From an uncultured cyanobacterium (GTDB lineage: Bacteria; Cyanobacteriota; Cyanobacteriia; Cyanobacteriales; Cyanobacteriaceae): a stretch of DNA of 64,000 bases. Under the pieces are notes generated by a model. It had not been told where the DNA came from and searched no databases. It saw only the letters and a list, made by a program, of their open reading frames with translations. Positions 53,595 to 63,763 of this stretch are shown here, one piece after another. Position 1 is the stretch's first letter. Each line of letters starts with the position of its first letter. Where the stretch lies: NCBI GenBank assembly GCA_963749915.1, contig CAVVOP010000008.1:736001-800000 (forward strand). The letters are read 5' to 3'. The position numbers and the translations under genes are program-made.

Positions 53595-53805
53595 TTAAGG
53601 GTTAGTGTTTTACTAGAAATTTTGGATTACATAAAAATTATAGTTTAATTATTTATTTTTATTAAATTTTTAGATAGTAATTTTTTGATTATTTACCTGA
53701 ATTTGCTTGTGAGCAACAAAAACATCTTTTTTTGATTAACAATATATTTTAAAATTTTAAAAATTCACTTATTCACAATTTTTTATCAAACAATTAGTTA
53801 ATATT

Positions 53806-53997
53806 ATGCCTACTATGACTTATAACCATTTTGTCAAATTTCTCCAGGAGGAAATCAATTTACCCGAAGATGCCATTGCTATTGCTCAACGTTCGGTAGA
53901 TCATAATTTAGGTTTAATGCCAATGGTTTTATGGCAATATGGACTAGTAACCATTGAACAATTAGATCGTATATATGATTGGTTAGAAACCTTTTAA
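53806..53997 (+). CDS. DUF2949-family small protein
   Basis: FLQEEINL...AIAIA...MPMVLWQYGLVTIEQLDRIYDWLE. Confidence 0.88.
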   Translation: MPTMTYNHFVKFLQEEINLPEDAIAIAQRSVDHNLGLMPMVLWQYGLVTIEQLDRIYDWLETF

Positions 53998-54097
53998 ACA
54001 CTTCTTATTATTTATTATTTATTATTTGATTTACTCTTCACATAAAACTTTTTTTACCTAATATTTTTTCTTTAATAACCTTTGGGAGTGATCGTCT

Positions 54098-54913
54098 TTG
54101 CAAAAAGAAAGATTGGACATATTATTGATACAAAAACAATTGTGTGACACCAGAGCGATCGCACAAAAAATGATTAGGGCGGGAAAAGTCAGGGTAAAAC
54201 AGCAAATTGTGGATAAACCTGGCACTTTAATTGGGATTGAGAGTTTGATTGAAGTGGAAGCAGAACCTCTTTTTGTCTCCAGGGGAGGAGAAAAATTATT
54301 AAAAGCCTTGGATCACTTTAATCTCAATGTAGAAGATCGTATTTGCCTTGATGGCGGTATTTCTACGGGAGGATTTTCCGATTGTTTATTGCAACGAGGT
54401 GCACAAAAAATATACGGTGTGGATGTGGGATATGGGCAAGTAGCATGGAAATTACGGCAGGACGAGCGATTAATTTTATTAGAAAGAACCAATTTTCGTC
54501 ATCTTACCCCCGAAAAACTTTATCGAGGGGCAAATTTTGCCGATTTAGCCGTAATGGATTTATCATTTATCTCCCTAACAAAAGTTTTAGCCAAATTATG
54601 GGAATTATTAATTGTGCCCAGAGATATAATTTTATTAGTAAAACCCCAGTTTGAAGTGGGCAAAAATAAAGTCGGTAAAAATGGTGTCGTCAGAGATTTT
54701 CACACCCAAGCCGAAGCCATTAACCAAGTCCTAACAGAAGCAATGACCCTGGGCTGGGAATATCAAAGTTTAACATGGTCGCCCATCACAGGTCCTGCGG
54801 GAAATATTGAATACCTGCTTTGGCTAAATCAAAATGAAGGTAATCAATGCCCTAGTTTAGATTTAATCGAACAATTAACGAAAGAAAGTCAGAAACAACT
54901 CAAAGCAACATGA
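54098..54913 (+). CDS. tlyA: TlyA-family rRNA methyltransferase
   Basis: S4 domain KERLDILL, VSRGGEKL, LDGGISTGGFSDCLLQRGA, LVKPQFE, GPAGNIEY. Confidence 0.94.
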   Translation: MQKERLDILLIQKQLCDTRAIAQKMIRAGKVRVKQQIVDKPGTLIGIESLIEVEAEPLFVSRGGEKLLKALDHFNLNVEDRICLDGGISTGGFSDCLLQRGAQKIYGVDVGYGQVAWKLRQDERLILLERTNFRHLTPEKLYRGANFADLAVMDLSFISLTKVLAKLWELLIVPRDIILLVKPQFEVGKNKVGKNGVVRDFHTQAEAINQVLTEAMTLGWEYQSLTWSPITGPAGNIEYLLWLNQNEGNQCPSLDLIEQLTKESQKQLKAT

Positions 54914-54969
54914 GTCGTCCACAAACCTGGTTTTCTAGTCTGTTGGGAGTTTCAAGTTAAGTTAATATA

Positions 54970-55431
54970 TTATTGATGTATTACTGTTTCTTTAGAAGAG
55001 TCTTTTTCTTTAAAAGTATCTTTGTTACTACTAACAGGCTCATTTTTAGGTCGGTGAGATTCTTGAACGGTATTACCTTCCATACTCTCCACTAAGGTAA
55101 TTTTTATTCTAGGACCAGAACTAGCTAAACGTATTACCATACCATCTTTTACTAAAACTTTATTAATCTTTTTACCATTGATAAAAGTACCATTAGAGCC
55201 TAAATTCACTAATGCCCAATCATTTCCCCGAGGACGAATTTCCAAATGATGACGAGAAACAACCGCACTATATAAAACCACATGGTTATTACTAGCTCTA
55301 CCAATTCTGATTACTGAATTCGACTCAAAATTCCATTTTTGAACTGCAATTGATTTGAGAGGGTGCAAAAGAGTTAGGGTAATCACCGACGTTTCATCTG
55401 AGTAAAGATTGTTACTTTTGTGATAAGTCAA
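54970..55431 (-). CDS. FHA-domain protein
   Basis: IRIGRA..N..V....VSRHH...LGSNGTFING. Confidence 0.9.
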   Translation of the reverse strand: MTYHKSNNLYSDETSVITLTLLHPLKSIAVQKWNFESNSVIRIGRASNNHVVLYSAVVSRHHLEIRPRGNDWALVNLGSNGTFINGKKINKVLVKDGMVIRLASSGPRIKITLVESMEGNTVQESHRPKNEPVSSNKDTFKEKDSSKETVIHQ

Positions 55432-55567
55432 AAAAAATGTTCACAAGTTTGACTCGATACACTCTCACATTTTACATGATTCAGCTGTCAATGTCCTCTT
55501 TTACAAAATTAGGCGTTAGGGGGCTGATTCCCCCCCATAAGAATAACTCTCTTAAGATTATAGGTTA

Positions 55568-56002
55568 CTATACATCATAGGGAGCTTTACCAGAGAATTT
55601 GAGAGTAACAGGCTCAGGATTTTTGCCGATGCTTCTGTCTTTTTTGCCATGAAACTCACGTCCTTCATTAACTTTCTCAGGAAACACACCATCAGCAGGA
55701 TGGAGATATTGAATTTCACCAGTAGGATAAACACGGTAAATTTTATAATCTTCAATTTTGGGCTTAAATTTGGTGCGTAACTGAGTGCCTAAAGCTAAAC
55801 ATTGCTCTTTACGAGCAAAATAGAATAAATTTTCCCCTTGATTCATGGTAGCCGCACCCCCAGTAGGCATTTCAAAAACTTGTTCAGTATTACTTGTCCA
55901 AGTAATAGCATATTTTTCCTCTCTGTCAGCCGCAGAAAGTAAACCGCCAGTGCTACCACCGAATTTTGGCATTTGTCCAGTGAGTTGAATTGTTTCGCTC
56001 AT
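55568..56002 (-). CDS. psaD: Photosystem I reaction center subunit II
   Basis: [46 protein letters not shown]. Confidence 0.98.
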   Translation of the reverse strand: MSETIQLTGQMPKFGGSTGGLLSAADREEKYAITWTSNTEQVFEMPTGGAATMNQGENLFYFARKEQCLALGTQLRTKFKPKIEDYKIYRVYPTGEIQYLHPADGVFPEKVNEGREFHGKKDRSIGKNPEPVTLKFSGKAPYDV

Positions 56003-56077
56003 ACAGATATTGCTTTTATGGTAATTATATTTACTATCTAGGCAATGCTACCACTGAGATTAACAATATTGTTCATC

Positions 56078-56095
56078 TTTGTTATGAACTGTAAC
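56078..56095 (-). promoter_or_regulatory. HLR1-like (RpaB) motif upstream of psaD
   Basis: Minus strand GTTACAGT-TC-ATAACAAA, about 27 bp upstream of a TAGCAT -10-like box (56045-56050); PSI promoters are known HLR1 carriers. Confidence 0.55.
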
Positions 56096-56125
56096 AGTTT
56101 GTTCTGTCAAGTACTATAGTGTAAA

Positions 56126-56449
56126 TCAAAATTGCGGTTTAATCTCGGTACATAATTCATAAAAATCTGTTTCTGGAGGTGATGCGAACAAATGTTTCAT
56201 TTTCTCCATAATTTTCTGATAGGTGTCGTTTTGGTTTTCTTCCATGTCTTCTACTTTTTTCCAAATGATGAAAGCAATTCCTTCATCAGTATTGGGTTTC
56301 TGAAATAAATATGCTCCCTCAAAACCGACGGTATAAGTAGCAACGGCTTCCTCAAACAATTTTTGAGCCTCCGAAAATTTTCCGGGTTTAAAGGTGGCGA
56401 TCGCAACATAGGTATATTTGTGACGTAAAAAATCACTAAATTCTTGCAT
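56126..56449 (-). CDS. Antibiotic biosynthesis monooxygenase (ABM)-like protein
   Basis: 107 aa with a dimeric alpha-beta barrel-like pattern (ATFKPGKFSEA..GFEGAYLFQ..GIAFIIW). Confidence 0.7.
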   Translation of the reverse strand: MQEFSDFLRHKYTYVAIATFKPGKFSEAQKLFEEAVATYTVGFEGAYLFQKPNTDEGIAFIIWKKVEDMEENQNDTYQKIMEKMKHLFASPPETDFYELCTEIKPQF

Positions 56450-56628
56450 AATATAATGATGAGATGAAAATTTATCTATATTGTTAATCTTAAGTTTTGT
56501 AGAGATGAAAAAGAATCAACAATTAATAAAGATTAACATTTTTTTTACAAACGCTAATTATAAATGCAGTAAGGAAGACAGGCGAAAAATTTCTCATTAA
56601 TTACCAGCCTTCCCCCATCACTCACAAG

Positions 56629-56952
56629 CTAGTTCGTGCCTGAGAAAACCACTTCAGGAAACTTCTGTTGAGCCTGAAGCATACTGGTAATCCTACCTTT
56701 TTCTTGCCAGAAATTAATAAGTTCCGTAGCCTGGTTGAGTAATTGGATTTTTTCGCCATCAGTAATCCAATTTTTCTTATCTAACTCATCTTTTAATTCC
56801 TGCCAGGCATCGCTACGAGGCCAGAAATAGTAAGGTGTCAAAGGGCTAGTACCTTTACTGATTACATAATCAACCGCAAGGGCAATATCTTTGTCTAACC
56901 ACACAACTTTTAACACAAATCGAGAATCAATTTTAGTTTCTACCGCTTCCAA
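56629..56952 (-). CDS. ycf65: 30S ribosomal protein PSRP-3 (Ycf65)
   Basis: [17 protein letters not shown]...[22 protein letters not shown]...[16 protein letters not shown] start with SD GGAGG. Confidence 0.93.
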   Translation of the reverse strand: MEAVETKIDSRFVLKVVWLDKDIALAVDYVISKGTSPLTPYYFWPRSDAWQELKDELDKKNWITDGEKIQLLNQATELINFWQEKGRITSMLQAQQKFPEVVFSGTN

Positions 56953-57071
56953 TTAAACCTCCAAATAAAAATTTTTATATACAAATAATTAAGCACGTTA
57001 AGATATTATAACCTAAGATCGATTCTAGTAAAAACCGTTATTAATGTTATTAAAGAAGGCTTCTATTTTAA

Positions 57072-57833
57072 ATGAAAGGTATTGTCATTTTTGATATTGA
57101 TGGAGTAATTCGTGATGTCACAGGTTCATATCGCCGTGCCCTAGCCGATACCGTGGAACATTTTACCAACAATAATTATCGGCCCACCATGAAAGATATT
57201 GATGATTTAAAAGCCGAGGGAATCTGGAATAATGATTGGGAAGGCTCACAAGAGTTAATTTATCGTTATTTTGAAAGTAAAGGCAAATCTCGTGCCGATA
57301 TTAATTACACTTACTCCGACATTGTTAACTTTTTTCAAAGCCGTTATCGAGGCACTCAATCCCATCGACCTGAAACATGGGACGGTTATGTTACCACTGA
57401 ACCATTATTAGTTGATCGAGAATATTTTCGCACCTTAACCGCTAATAACTTGGCTTGGGGTTTTTTTAGTGGTGCAACGAGGGGATCAGCAGAATACATT
57501 TTAAAACACCGTTTAGGATTAGAAAATCCGTTGTTAGTAGCCATGGAAGAGGCCCCCGGAAAACCAGATCCTACAGGGTTATTTCTAACAGTAGGATTAA
57601 TAGAACAGGAATTATCTTTATCAACATCATTGCCTGTGGCGTATTTGGGGGATACAGTGGCGGACATGACGACTATCATTAAAGCCAGACAAATTAAACC
57701 GGAAAGGGAATGGGTCGCAGTGGGTGTTTTACCCCCTCATATTCACGGTGATGAAAATATCAGTAAATATAGTAAACAATTATTAACCGCTGGGGCAAAT
57801 GAAGTTGTTTCACGAGTCACAGACTTTCTCTAA
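57072..57833 (+). CDS. HAD-superfamily hydrolase (TIGR01548-like)
   Basis: FDIDGVIRDV, FFSGA, PGKPDP, YLGDTVADM. Confidence 0.9.
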   Translation: MKGIVIFDIDGVIRDVTGSYRRALADTVEHFTNNNYRPTMKDIDDLKAEGIWNNDWEGSQELIYRYFESKGKSRADINYTYSDIVNFFQSRYRGTQSHRPETWDGYVTTEPLLVDREYFRTLTANNLAWGFFSGATRGSAEYILKHRLGLENPLLVAMEEAPGKPDPTGLFLTVGLIEQELSLSTSLPVAYLGDTVADMTTIIKARQIKPEREWVAVGVLPPHIHGDENISKYSKQLLTAGANEVVSRVTDFL

Positions 57834-57990
57834 TTCAAAAATAACGAACAATTTTAAAGTCAAGAAATATTAAGAAAATCCCCAGAGCAAACGCACACAT
57901 TTCTTTACATTCGACTAAGTTATGATCAGAAATGAATTTTCCAGAGTATAACCATTTGCCAAAAAACTACCATGTCAAGCTTTACTGAGA

Positions 57991-58911
57991 TTAATTACGG
58001 TGATTATTTTCACAATAAACTCTTGCGCCCGCCCATTGCAATTTTTCCCGTAGAGTTTTATAAAATGAATGAGATTCCCTTAAAATAATGAATTGTGCCT
58101 GAAAATCAGCCATTTGTACATTAACCCATTGCCCAGGCCAAATTGAGGTTGCTAAAACTCCATCCATCCATAGCTTATTGTTTAACTCGTAATCTCCTAA
58201 TGTCCAAATACTTACAACCGAGCGAGGTGGTAAAAGTAAAGGGCGACTGGATAAACTAAGAGGACATATCGGGGTAACGGCGATGGCACTCATTCCCGGA
58301 TGAATAATGGGACCATTAGCCGAAGCAGTGTAACAAGTTGAACCCGTAGGAGTAGAGACAATTAAACCATCACCGTGATACTGATCAACAACTTCCCCAT
58401 CGACTTCCATTTCCAGTAAAGAGGTGGGCATTCTGTCTAAACAGGCCGGTTTTACACACATCTCATTCAAACAAAAAAAGCGATCGCTGACAGGTTCAAT
58501 GTCTTTCTTATTTCTTTCCCAAATTTGGGCTTCCAACATCATACGCCTTTCCACCGCATATAAGTCATTTTCTAGCCTTTGCCAGAGGGTTTCTGTATCT
58601 TGAAAAAGAGAAAAGGGTTCCGTTAAAAACCCTAAATGTCCACCCACATTAACCGCTAATAGAGGGATTCCTTCGGGAGCTAAATGACGAGAAGCTGCTA
58701 AAATAGTACCATCACCGCCTAAAATAATCCCCAAATCAATTTTTTGGGTGGCAGATGCTAAAAATACCGGATAAGGGTTATCTTTTACCCCACTAGGACC
58801 CAATAATACTTTACATTGACGGGCTTCTAATTCCTTTGCACATCTTTCCGCCCATACTTTACTATCTTTATCCCCTGCTTTATAGGCAATAATTACTTGT
58901 TTTAACCGCAC
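57991..58911 (-). CDS. nadK: NAD(+) kinase
   Basis: LGGDGT, GHLGFL, LNE, GDGLIVSTPTGSTCYTASANGP. Confidence 0.95.
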   Translation of the reverse strand: MRLKQVIIAYKAGDKDSKVWAERCAKELEARQCKVLLGPSGVKDNPYPVFLASATQKIDLGIILGGDGTILAASRHLAPEGIPLLAVNVGGHLGFLTEPFSLFQDTETLWQRLENDLYAVERRMMLEAQIWERNKKDIEPVSDRFFCLNEMCVKPACLDRMPTSLLEMEVDGEVVDQYHGDGLIVSTPTGSTCYTASANGPIIHPGMSAIAVTPICPLSLSSRPLLLPPRSVVSIWTLGDYELNNKLWMDGVLATSIWPGQWVNVQMADFQAQFIILRESHSFYKTLREKLQWAGARVYCENNHRN

Positions 58912-59148
58912 AGTTTTTATGGTTTAATTTTCTTTAATGTTGGGTTATCATTTCGCTTACCGGAGTTTACTCAACCCCAGATAGAGATTCTATCTCAACG
59001 GCATCAATTTAATAAAGATGGCTAGACAGTTAATGATTCCTAAGATGATGTTATCGGCAACGCTCAGGGCAAGCAGTACAAGTTTTGGATTTCGGATTAG
59101 AAAAGCCTTTGTGACTCCTAACTTGAAAGACTGGGGAAAAATTGTTAA

Positions 59149-60150
59149 TTATTGATTATTCATTGTTATGTGAACGTTTAAGCCCATCTTTTTCAAAGAG
59201 TTCGAGACCTCTTGAGCTTTTTCAGGATTACTAAAAACTCCCACTTGCAACATTTGTACCCCTCTTAAGTTTGTACGGAAGGCTTCGGGATAAAGGGATC
59301 TTACCTGGGATTCTTGAGTAGAATTATTGACTTTCACTAATACCTTATGAATATTATTGGTTATTGTATTTAAAGATGATGCTTGATTTACTGGTGTTGT
59401 CGGAGTGACAATGGAATTATTGGAGTTGTTTTTTGGTGGTGCGGAGAAGACCAAAATATCATTTAAACTTCTTCTTCTACCCACGTTAGTTTTAGGGGCA
59501 ACGGGTTGGGGAGATGCCGCATTAGTATTTCTGCCATTACCAGGGCTGTTGTTGACCGATGGAGAAGCATTGGGACTTAAATTGATAGATCTGGGAGTGG
59601 TCTTAAGGTTATGGGAAGGGTTAACCGTTTTTTCCTCAGATAGGGTAGGTTGGCTATCGTTGGGAGTTTGATCAAAGGGGGACACTGATACGGATAAAGT
59701 AGTGATTTTTTTGTTGGCATCCCTACTATCCGCAGAATTTTGATTAATTTGGTTATTTACATCTGGACGGCGGTAAGGTTCTGATAAGGGCGGAATTTGC
59801 GGCAATGGCTGATTGGATTTAATTAAACTTCCTGAAACTGCGGTGGGGCGGGGTGGGGCTGCATTACCGTTAACGAATACTTCCCCAATGGTAGAATTCT
59901 GATTCCCTGTGGGTAGAGTATTATTATTATCAGATGGGGTAATTTTACCCAATGGTGCATCGATAGTCAATGGCTCAGAGCTCGAATCGTTATAAGGATC
60001 AACTATTATTTCCGTATTGGCTGAGGCGATTACACCTTGACCTGTTAAGAAGGTAATGAAAGGGTAGGCAAAAAAACTTGTAGATCCCAAAAATAAATGT
60101 AAGCAAAAACGAGGTAATTTGGACCTTAAAACTGGAGTGGACTGGTTCAT
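59149..60150 (-). CDS. Pro/Ser/Asn-rich exported protein with C-terminal SPOR-like domain
   Basis: Hydrophobic N-terminus, low-complexity linker, C-terminal VRSLYPEAFR...LQVGVFSNPEKAQEV..LKKMGL. Confidence 0.75.
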   Translation of the reverse strand: MNQSTPVLRSKLPRFCLHLFLGSTSFFAYPFITFLTGQGVIASANTEIIVDPYNDSSSEPLTIDAPLGKITPSDNNNTLPTGNQNSTIGEVFVNGNAAPPRPTAVSGSLIKSNQPLPQIPPLSEPYRRPDVNNQINQNSADSRDANKKITTLSVSVSPFDQTPNDSQPTLSEEKTVNPSHNLKTTPRSINLSPNASPSVNNSPGNGRNTNAASPQPVAPKTNVGRRRSLNDILVFSAPPKNNSNNSIVTPTTPVNQASSLNTITNNIHKVLVKVNNSTQESQVRSLYPEAFRTNLRGVQMLQVGVFSNPEKAQEVSNSLKKMGLNVHITMNNQ

Positions 60151-60274
60151 AATCGTAGTTTGAGAGATATAAATTTTGATAATATCAAAGGAATAGTTCT
60201 GTCTTTATGATTTTAGTTTAAGGGCTGGGTTATAAAAAACAATTATAGCAATAGACTATGGACAATTAATTTAT

Positions 60275-61120
60275 CTATTGAGTTTGTAAATATTTTAAAA
60301 ATTCGATTAGTTCTTCATCTGATAGTAAATGACGGGATTTTTTACCATAGGTTTCCAGAAGATATTTTTTACCCTGATCTTGTGTCCACCCTAATCGCTT
60401 CATTTCAATACTGGTTTGATCAATGATGTGTGAAAAATCTATAGTGTCACTCAATTCTAAGGGTAAGGTTAAACTCGGTTCTACGGGTAAATCTTCTTCT
60501 TGTGCCAATGGAGAAAATAGAACTGAATTATTATCGCGAGAATCGCCATTAGTTTCGTAATTGGGCTCAGTTCCGAACAAATTCTGTGTATCGGGGTTTT
60601 CTGAAGATGGAAGATTTAAAGAAGGTTCTGAGATCTTTTCTTCTGTTCGGTTATCGGTATCTTGGGAATTCTCCGCCCAACCTTCATGCTCATTTACCAT
60701 CATATTCGACTTATCCTCCGGCGGTGAAGGGATATTCTCCCATAAATCCGAAGGATCTGGTGTCGCTACTTCTGGAGTTGATTCATCTTCAGTTTTGACG
60801 GATTTTATGCTTGGTTTTGCCGTTGGGGAATCTTTTTTCAGGGATTGACTCTTTGAAGAAACTCCAATATTAGGAATTGTAGAAGAAGATTCTATATTGG
60901 GGATTTCATCAATTTTTTCGGATATTTTTGGCAAAATATCTGTATTAACTAGCGTGATCGCTCTTTTTCGAGCAGAATCTTCCGCCTTTTCCACCGTATC
61001 TTCCCCAGCTAATGCCGAACCCAAAATGACACCATCATTATAAACTGAGACTTTAACAATATATTTGCCATGATCCACCGTTATAAAGTCACTGATTAAC
61101 GTTAATGGTTTAATGCTCAT
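60275..61120 (-). CDS. Conserved cyanobacterial hypothetical protein
   Basis: N-terminal HGKYIVKV...TVEKAEDSARKRA, acidic linker, C-terminal EMKRLGWTQDQGKKYLLETYGKKSRHLLSDEELIEFL. Confidence 0.8.
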   Translation of the reverse strand: MSIKPLTLISDFITVDHGKYIVKVSVYNDGVILGSALAGEDTVEKAEDSARKRAITLVNTDILPKISEKIDEIPNIESSSTIPNIGVSSKSQSLKKDSPTAKPSIKSVKTEDESTPEVATPDPSDLWENIPSPPEDKSNMMVNEHEGWAENSQDTDNRTEEKISEPSLNLPSSENPDTQNLFGTEPNYETNGDSRDNNSVLFSPLAQEEDLPVEPSLTLPLELSDTIDFSHIIDQTSIEMKRLGWTQDQGKKYLLETYGKKSRHLLSDEELIEFLKYLQTQ

Positions 61121-61490
61121 AATTTTAAAAAGAAATAGTTAGAAAAATCTCATATCAATACAATTATACTAATCAACCTGAGTTTTGTTTAATAATTTTT
61201 CGTGAGGACGGGGAAATAGTCTATTTTCTGCCTTGATTGTTAATTGTTAATTGTTAAAATAGGATATATTAATACATTGAGAATAAAATTAATAGGTAAC
61301 AATGGGAATCATACTTTTGTTTTCGTTTTTAATTAGTTAATTATAAATCGACACGGATAACAAGAACGTTCCCCCATTGCCGAAGATGTTTTTTCCAGAT
61401 AGTATCACCATTAAAGATCGTATTGGAAAACTTTGCTGATTTTAACCCTGACTCAACATAATTATTTAGATATTTGAAAGGATATAGTAA

Positions 61491-63737
61491 ATGGAATTTT
61501 CAATCGCTACAATACTTTCTCACCTCAGTGCGGATAAACTTGTACCGGGGAAAGTACTGGAAAAAAAATTAGGGTGTGAAGAACCCGAGGAACTCGAAAA
61601 ACTACAAATAGCCCTTGATGTTTTAGAAAAAGTAGGGGTAGTGACCAGGGAATTCGGTAAATACCGCCGAGTAATTGAAGAAGATGTGGTAGAAGCTAAG
61701 TTACGTTGTTCAAGTAAAGGCTTCTGTTTTGCCATTCAAGATGAAGAAGACGCCGATGATATTTATATTCGAGAAAGTCATCTTAGTAATGCTTGGAATA
61801 GCGATCGCGTTTTGGTAAAAATCATTAAAGAAGGTACTCGTCGTCGTTCTCCTGAAGGGGAAGTAAAATTAATTGTCGAAAGGGCAAATCCCTCGGTTTT
61901 AGCCAGAGTTATTGAAGATGATGGCGATTATAATGCAGTTCCTTTAGACGATCGCCTCTTATTTGAGTTGAGTTTAAAACAAAATGGTCAATCTTTAGAA
62001 CAAGCAGTCAATCACTTAGTCCATGTCAATGTTTTACGTTACCCCATTGGACAAAATCCGCCCATCGGAAAAGTCGTCAGAATTTTGGGAAGTGATGCGG
62101 AAACTGCTGCCGACACTGATATTGTTTCTTCTAAACATGATTTACCTCAAGAATTTCCCGAGCGAGTATTACAAAAAGCAGCCAGTTTAAAACCCGATCT
62201 TAGTCCCGCAGATCTCGAAAATCGCCTTGATTTAAGGGATTTATTAACTGTTACCATTGAGCCAGAATCTACTAAAGAGTTAGACTTATTTATCGAAAAT
62301 GCTTTTACTCTCCAAAAAACCGAAGATAATCATTGGCTTTTGGGAGTTCATATCGCTGATGTAGCTCATTTTGTCGAACCCGAAACCCATTTAGATCGAG
62401 AAGCCCGTAAACGTGGTACTAGCGTTCATTTGGCGGATAAAATCATTGACTTGTTACCCAAGGCCGTACAAAACTGCACCTCCCTTATTCCCGAAGTTGA
62501 TCGGTTGAGTATTTCCGTATTTCTCACTTTAGATGATAAAGGGCAAGTTATTGAATATCAAATTCAACCTTCTGTTATTCGGGTAGATCATCAATTAACT
62601 TATAAAGAAGTACAATCCATGATTGGTGCCGGTAGTACTAAACCTGAATTAGAAACTACTTTAGCTTTACTCAATCATCTTTTCTTTGAATTAAGTCCTT
62701 TAGTCAAAGCTCAAAGATTACAAAGGGGAGGATTTGATATTAGCTTAGATAGTATTACCTCTTATTTTAAAGATGAGGGCAGAATTGGAGCGATCGCATC
62801 TTACTCCAGTTTACCGGTACTATCTTTAATGACCGAATTAATGGTATTAGTGGGTAAAGTAGTGGCTGAACATTTAAGAGAATTAAAACTACCCGCCATT
62901 TATTGCACTCAGGCGAAACCAGACTGGGATGAATTGGAAGACTTATTAAAACTGGTAACTAATTTAAAACTTGATTTTCACTTAGAATCTGAAGACGAAT
63001 TACAACCCATCGATTATTACCATCTCATCCAAGAGTTTAGCAAATCTGATTATGAAAAAGTCCTCCATTACCTCTTATTAAACTCCCTCAAATCTGATAA
63101 ATATACTCAACACCCTGCCCCTCATTTTGGTTTAGCCTTACCCATTTATACTCACTGTGTTTCTCCCGGACAAAGATATATTGATTTACAAATACAACGG
63201 GTTTTAAAAGCACTTTTTGAACATGGACGCGATCGCCGTCATAGTCGTGTAAGTAAGGGAGTTGATTTAGGCAGTAGCACTTGTCACGGTGAAATTAACT
63301 GGAATGTATTACCCCCACCTATTCAAAATAACCTTGAAGCCGATTTACACTCCCTCATCACTCACCTTAACGAAAGGGAAAAAATCGCCCAAGATGCCGA
63401 GTCTGACTTAACAGGGTTGAAAAAAGCCGAGAAAATGAAAGACTGTACCGGAAAAGTCTTTAGTGGTTTAATTACAGGAGTGCAATCCTATGGTTTCTTC
63501 GTGCAAATAGAAGACTCCTTAGTAGAGGGATTAGTTCATGTTAGTTCCCTAAAAGATGACTGGTATGAATACCGTTCACGGCATACTTGTTTAGTGGGAA
63601 GAAAAAACCGTACTGCTTATCGTCTTGGTGATACCGTAGAAGTGGAAGTTAAAAGCGTTGATTATTACCGTCAACAAATCGATTTAGTTACCGTGTGCGG
63701 TGGTAGTACAGCCATTGATGCCGATTTTGAAGATTAG
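61491..63737 (+). CDS. Ribonuclease R/II family protein (Zam-like)
   Basis: Cold-shock domain (LRCSSKGFCFA), RNB domain (GVHIADV, RGTSV, HFGLA..YTH..SP..RY.DL) and C-terminal S1 domain (GVQSYGFFV..EGLVHVSSL). Confidence 0.9.
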   Translation: MEFSIATILSHLSADKLVPGKVLEKKLGCEEPEELEKLQIALDVLEKVGVVTREFGKYRRVIEEDVVEAKLRCSSKGFCFAIQDEEDADDIYIRESHLSNAWNSDRVLVKIIKEGTRRRSPEGEVKLIVERANPSVLARVIEDDGDYNAVPLDDRLLFELSLKQNGQSLEQAVNHLVHVNVLRYPIGQNPPIGKVVRILGSDAETAADTDIVSSKHDLPQEFPERVLQKAASLKPDLSPADLENRLDLRDLLTVTIEPESTKELDLFIENAFTLQKTEDNHWLLGVHIADVAHFVEPETHLDREARKRGTSVHLADKIIDLLPKAVQNCTSLIPEVDRLSISVFLTLDDKGQVIEYQIQPSVIRVDHQLTYKEVQSMIGAGSTKPELETTLALLNHLFFELSPLVKAQRLQRGGFDISLDSITSYFKDEGRIGAIASYSSLPVLSLMTELMVLVGKVVAEHLRELKLPAIYCTQAKPDWDELEDLLKLVTNLKLDFHLESEDELQPIDYYHLIQEFSKSDYEKVLHYLLLNSLKSDKYTQHPAPHFGLALPIYTHCVSPGQRYIDLQIQRVLKALFEHGRDRRHSRVSKGVDLGSSTCHGEINWNVLPPPIQNNLEADLHSLITHLNEREKIAQDAESDLTGLKKAEKMKDCTGKVFSGLITGVQSYGFFVQIEDSLVEGLVHVSSLKDDWYEYRSRHTCLVGRKNRTAYRLGDTVEVEVKSVDYYRQQIDLVTVCGGSTAIDADFED

Positions 63738-63763
63738 TCAACAATTAACAATTGTCTTCAACA

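Noticed and set aside
1340..61735. Many short antisense or alternate-frame ORFs inside topA, cobN, sigA, nifJ, ftsH3, prfC, ndhD1, rnr and others
   Set aside because: Nested in well-supported genes and lacking motifs; typical shadow ORFs
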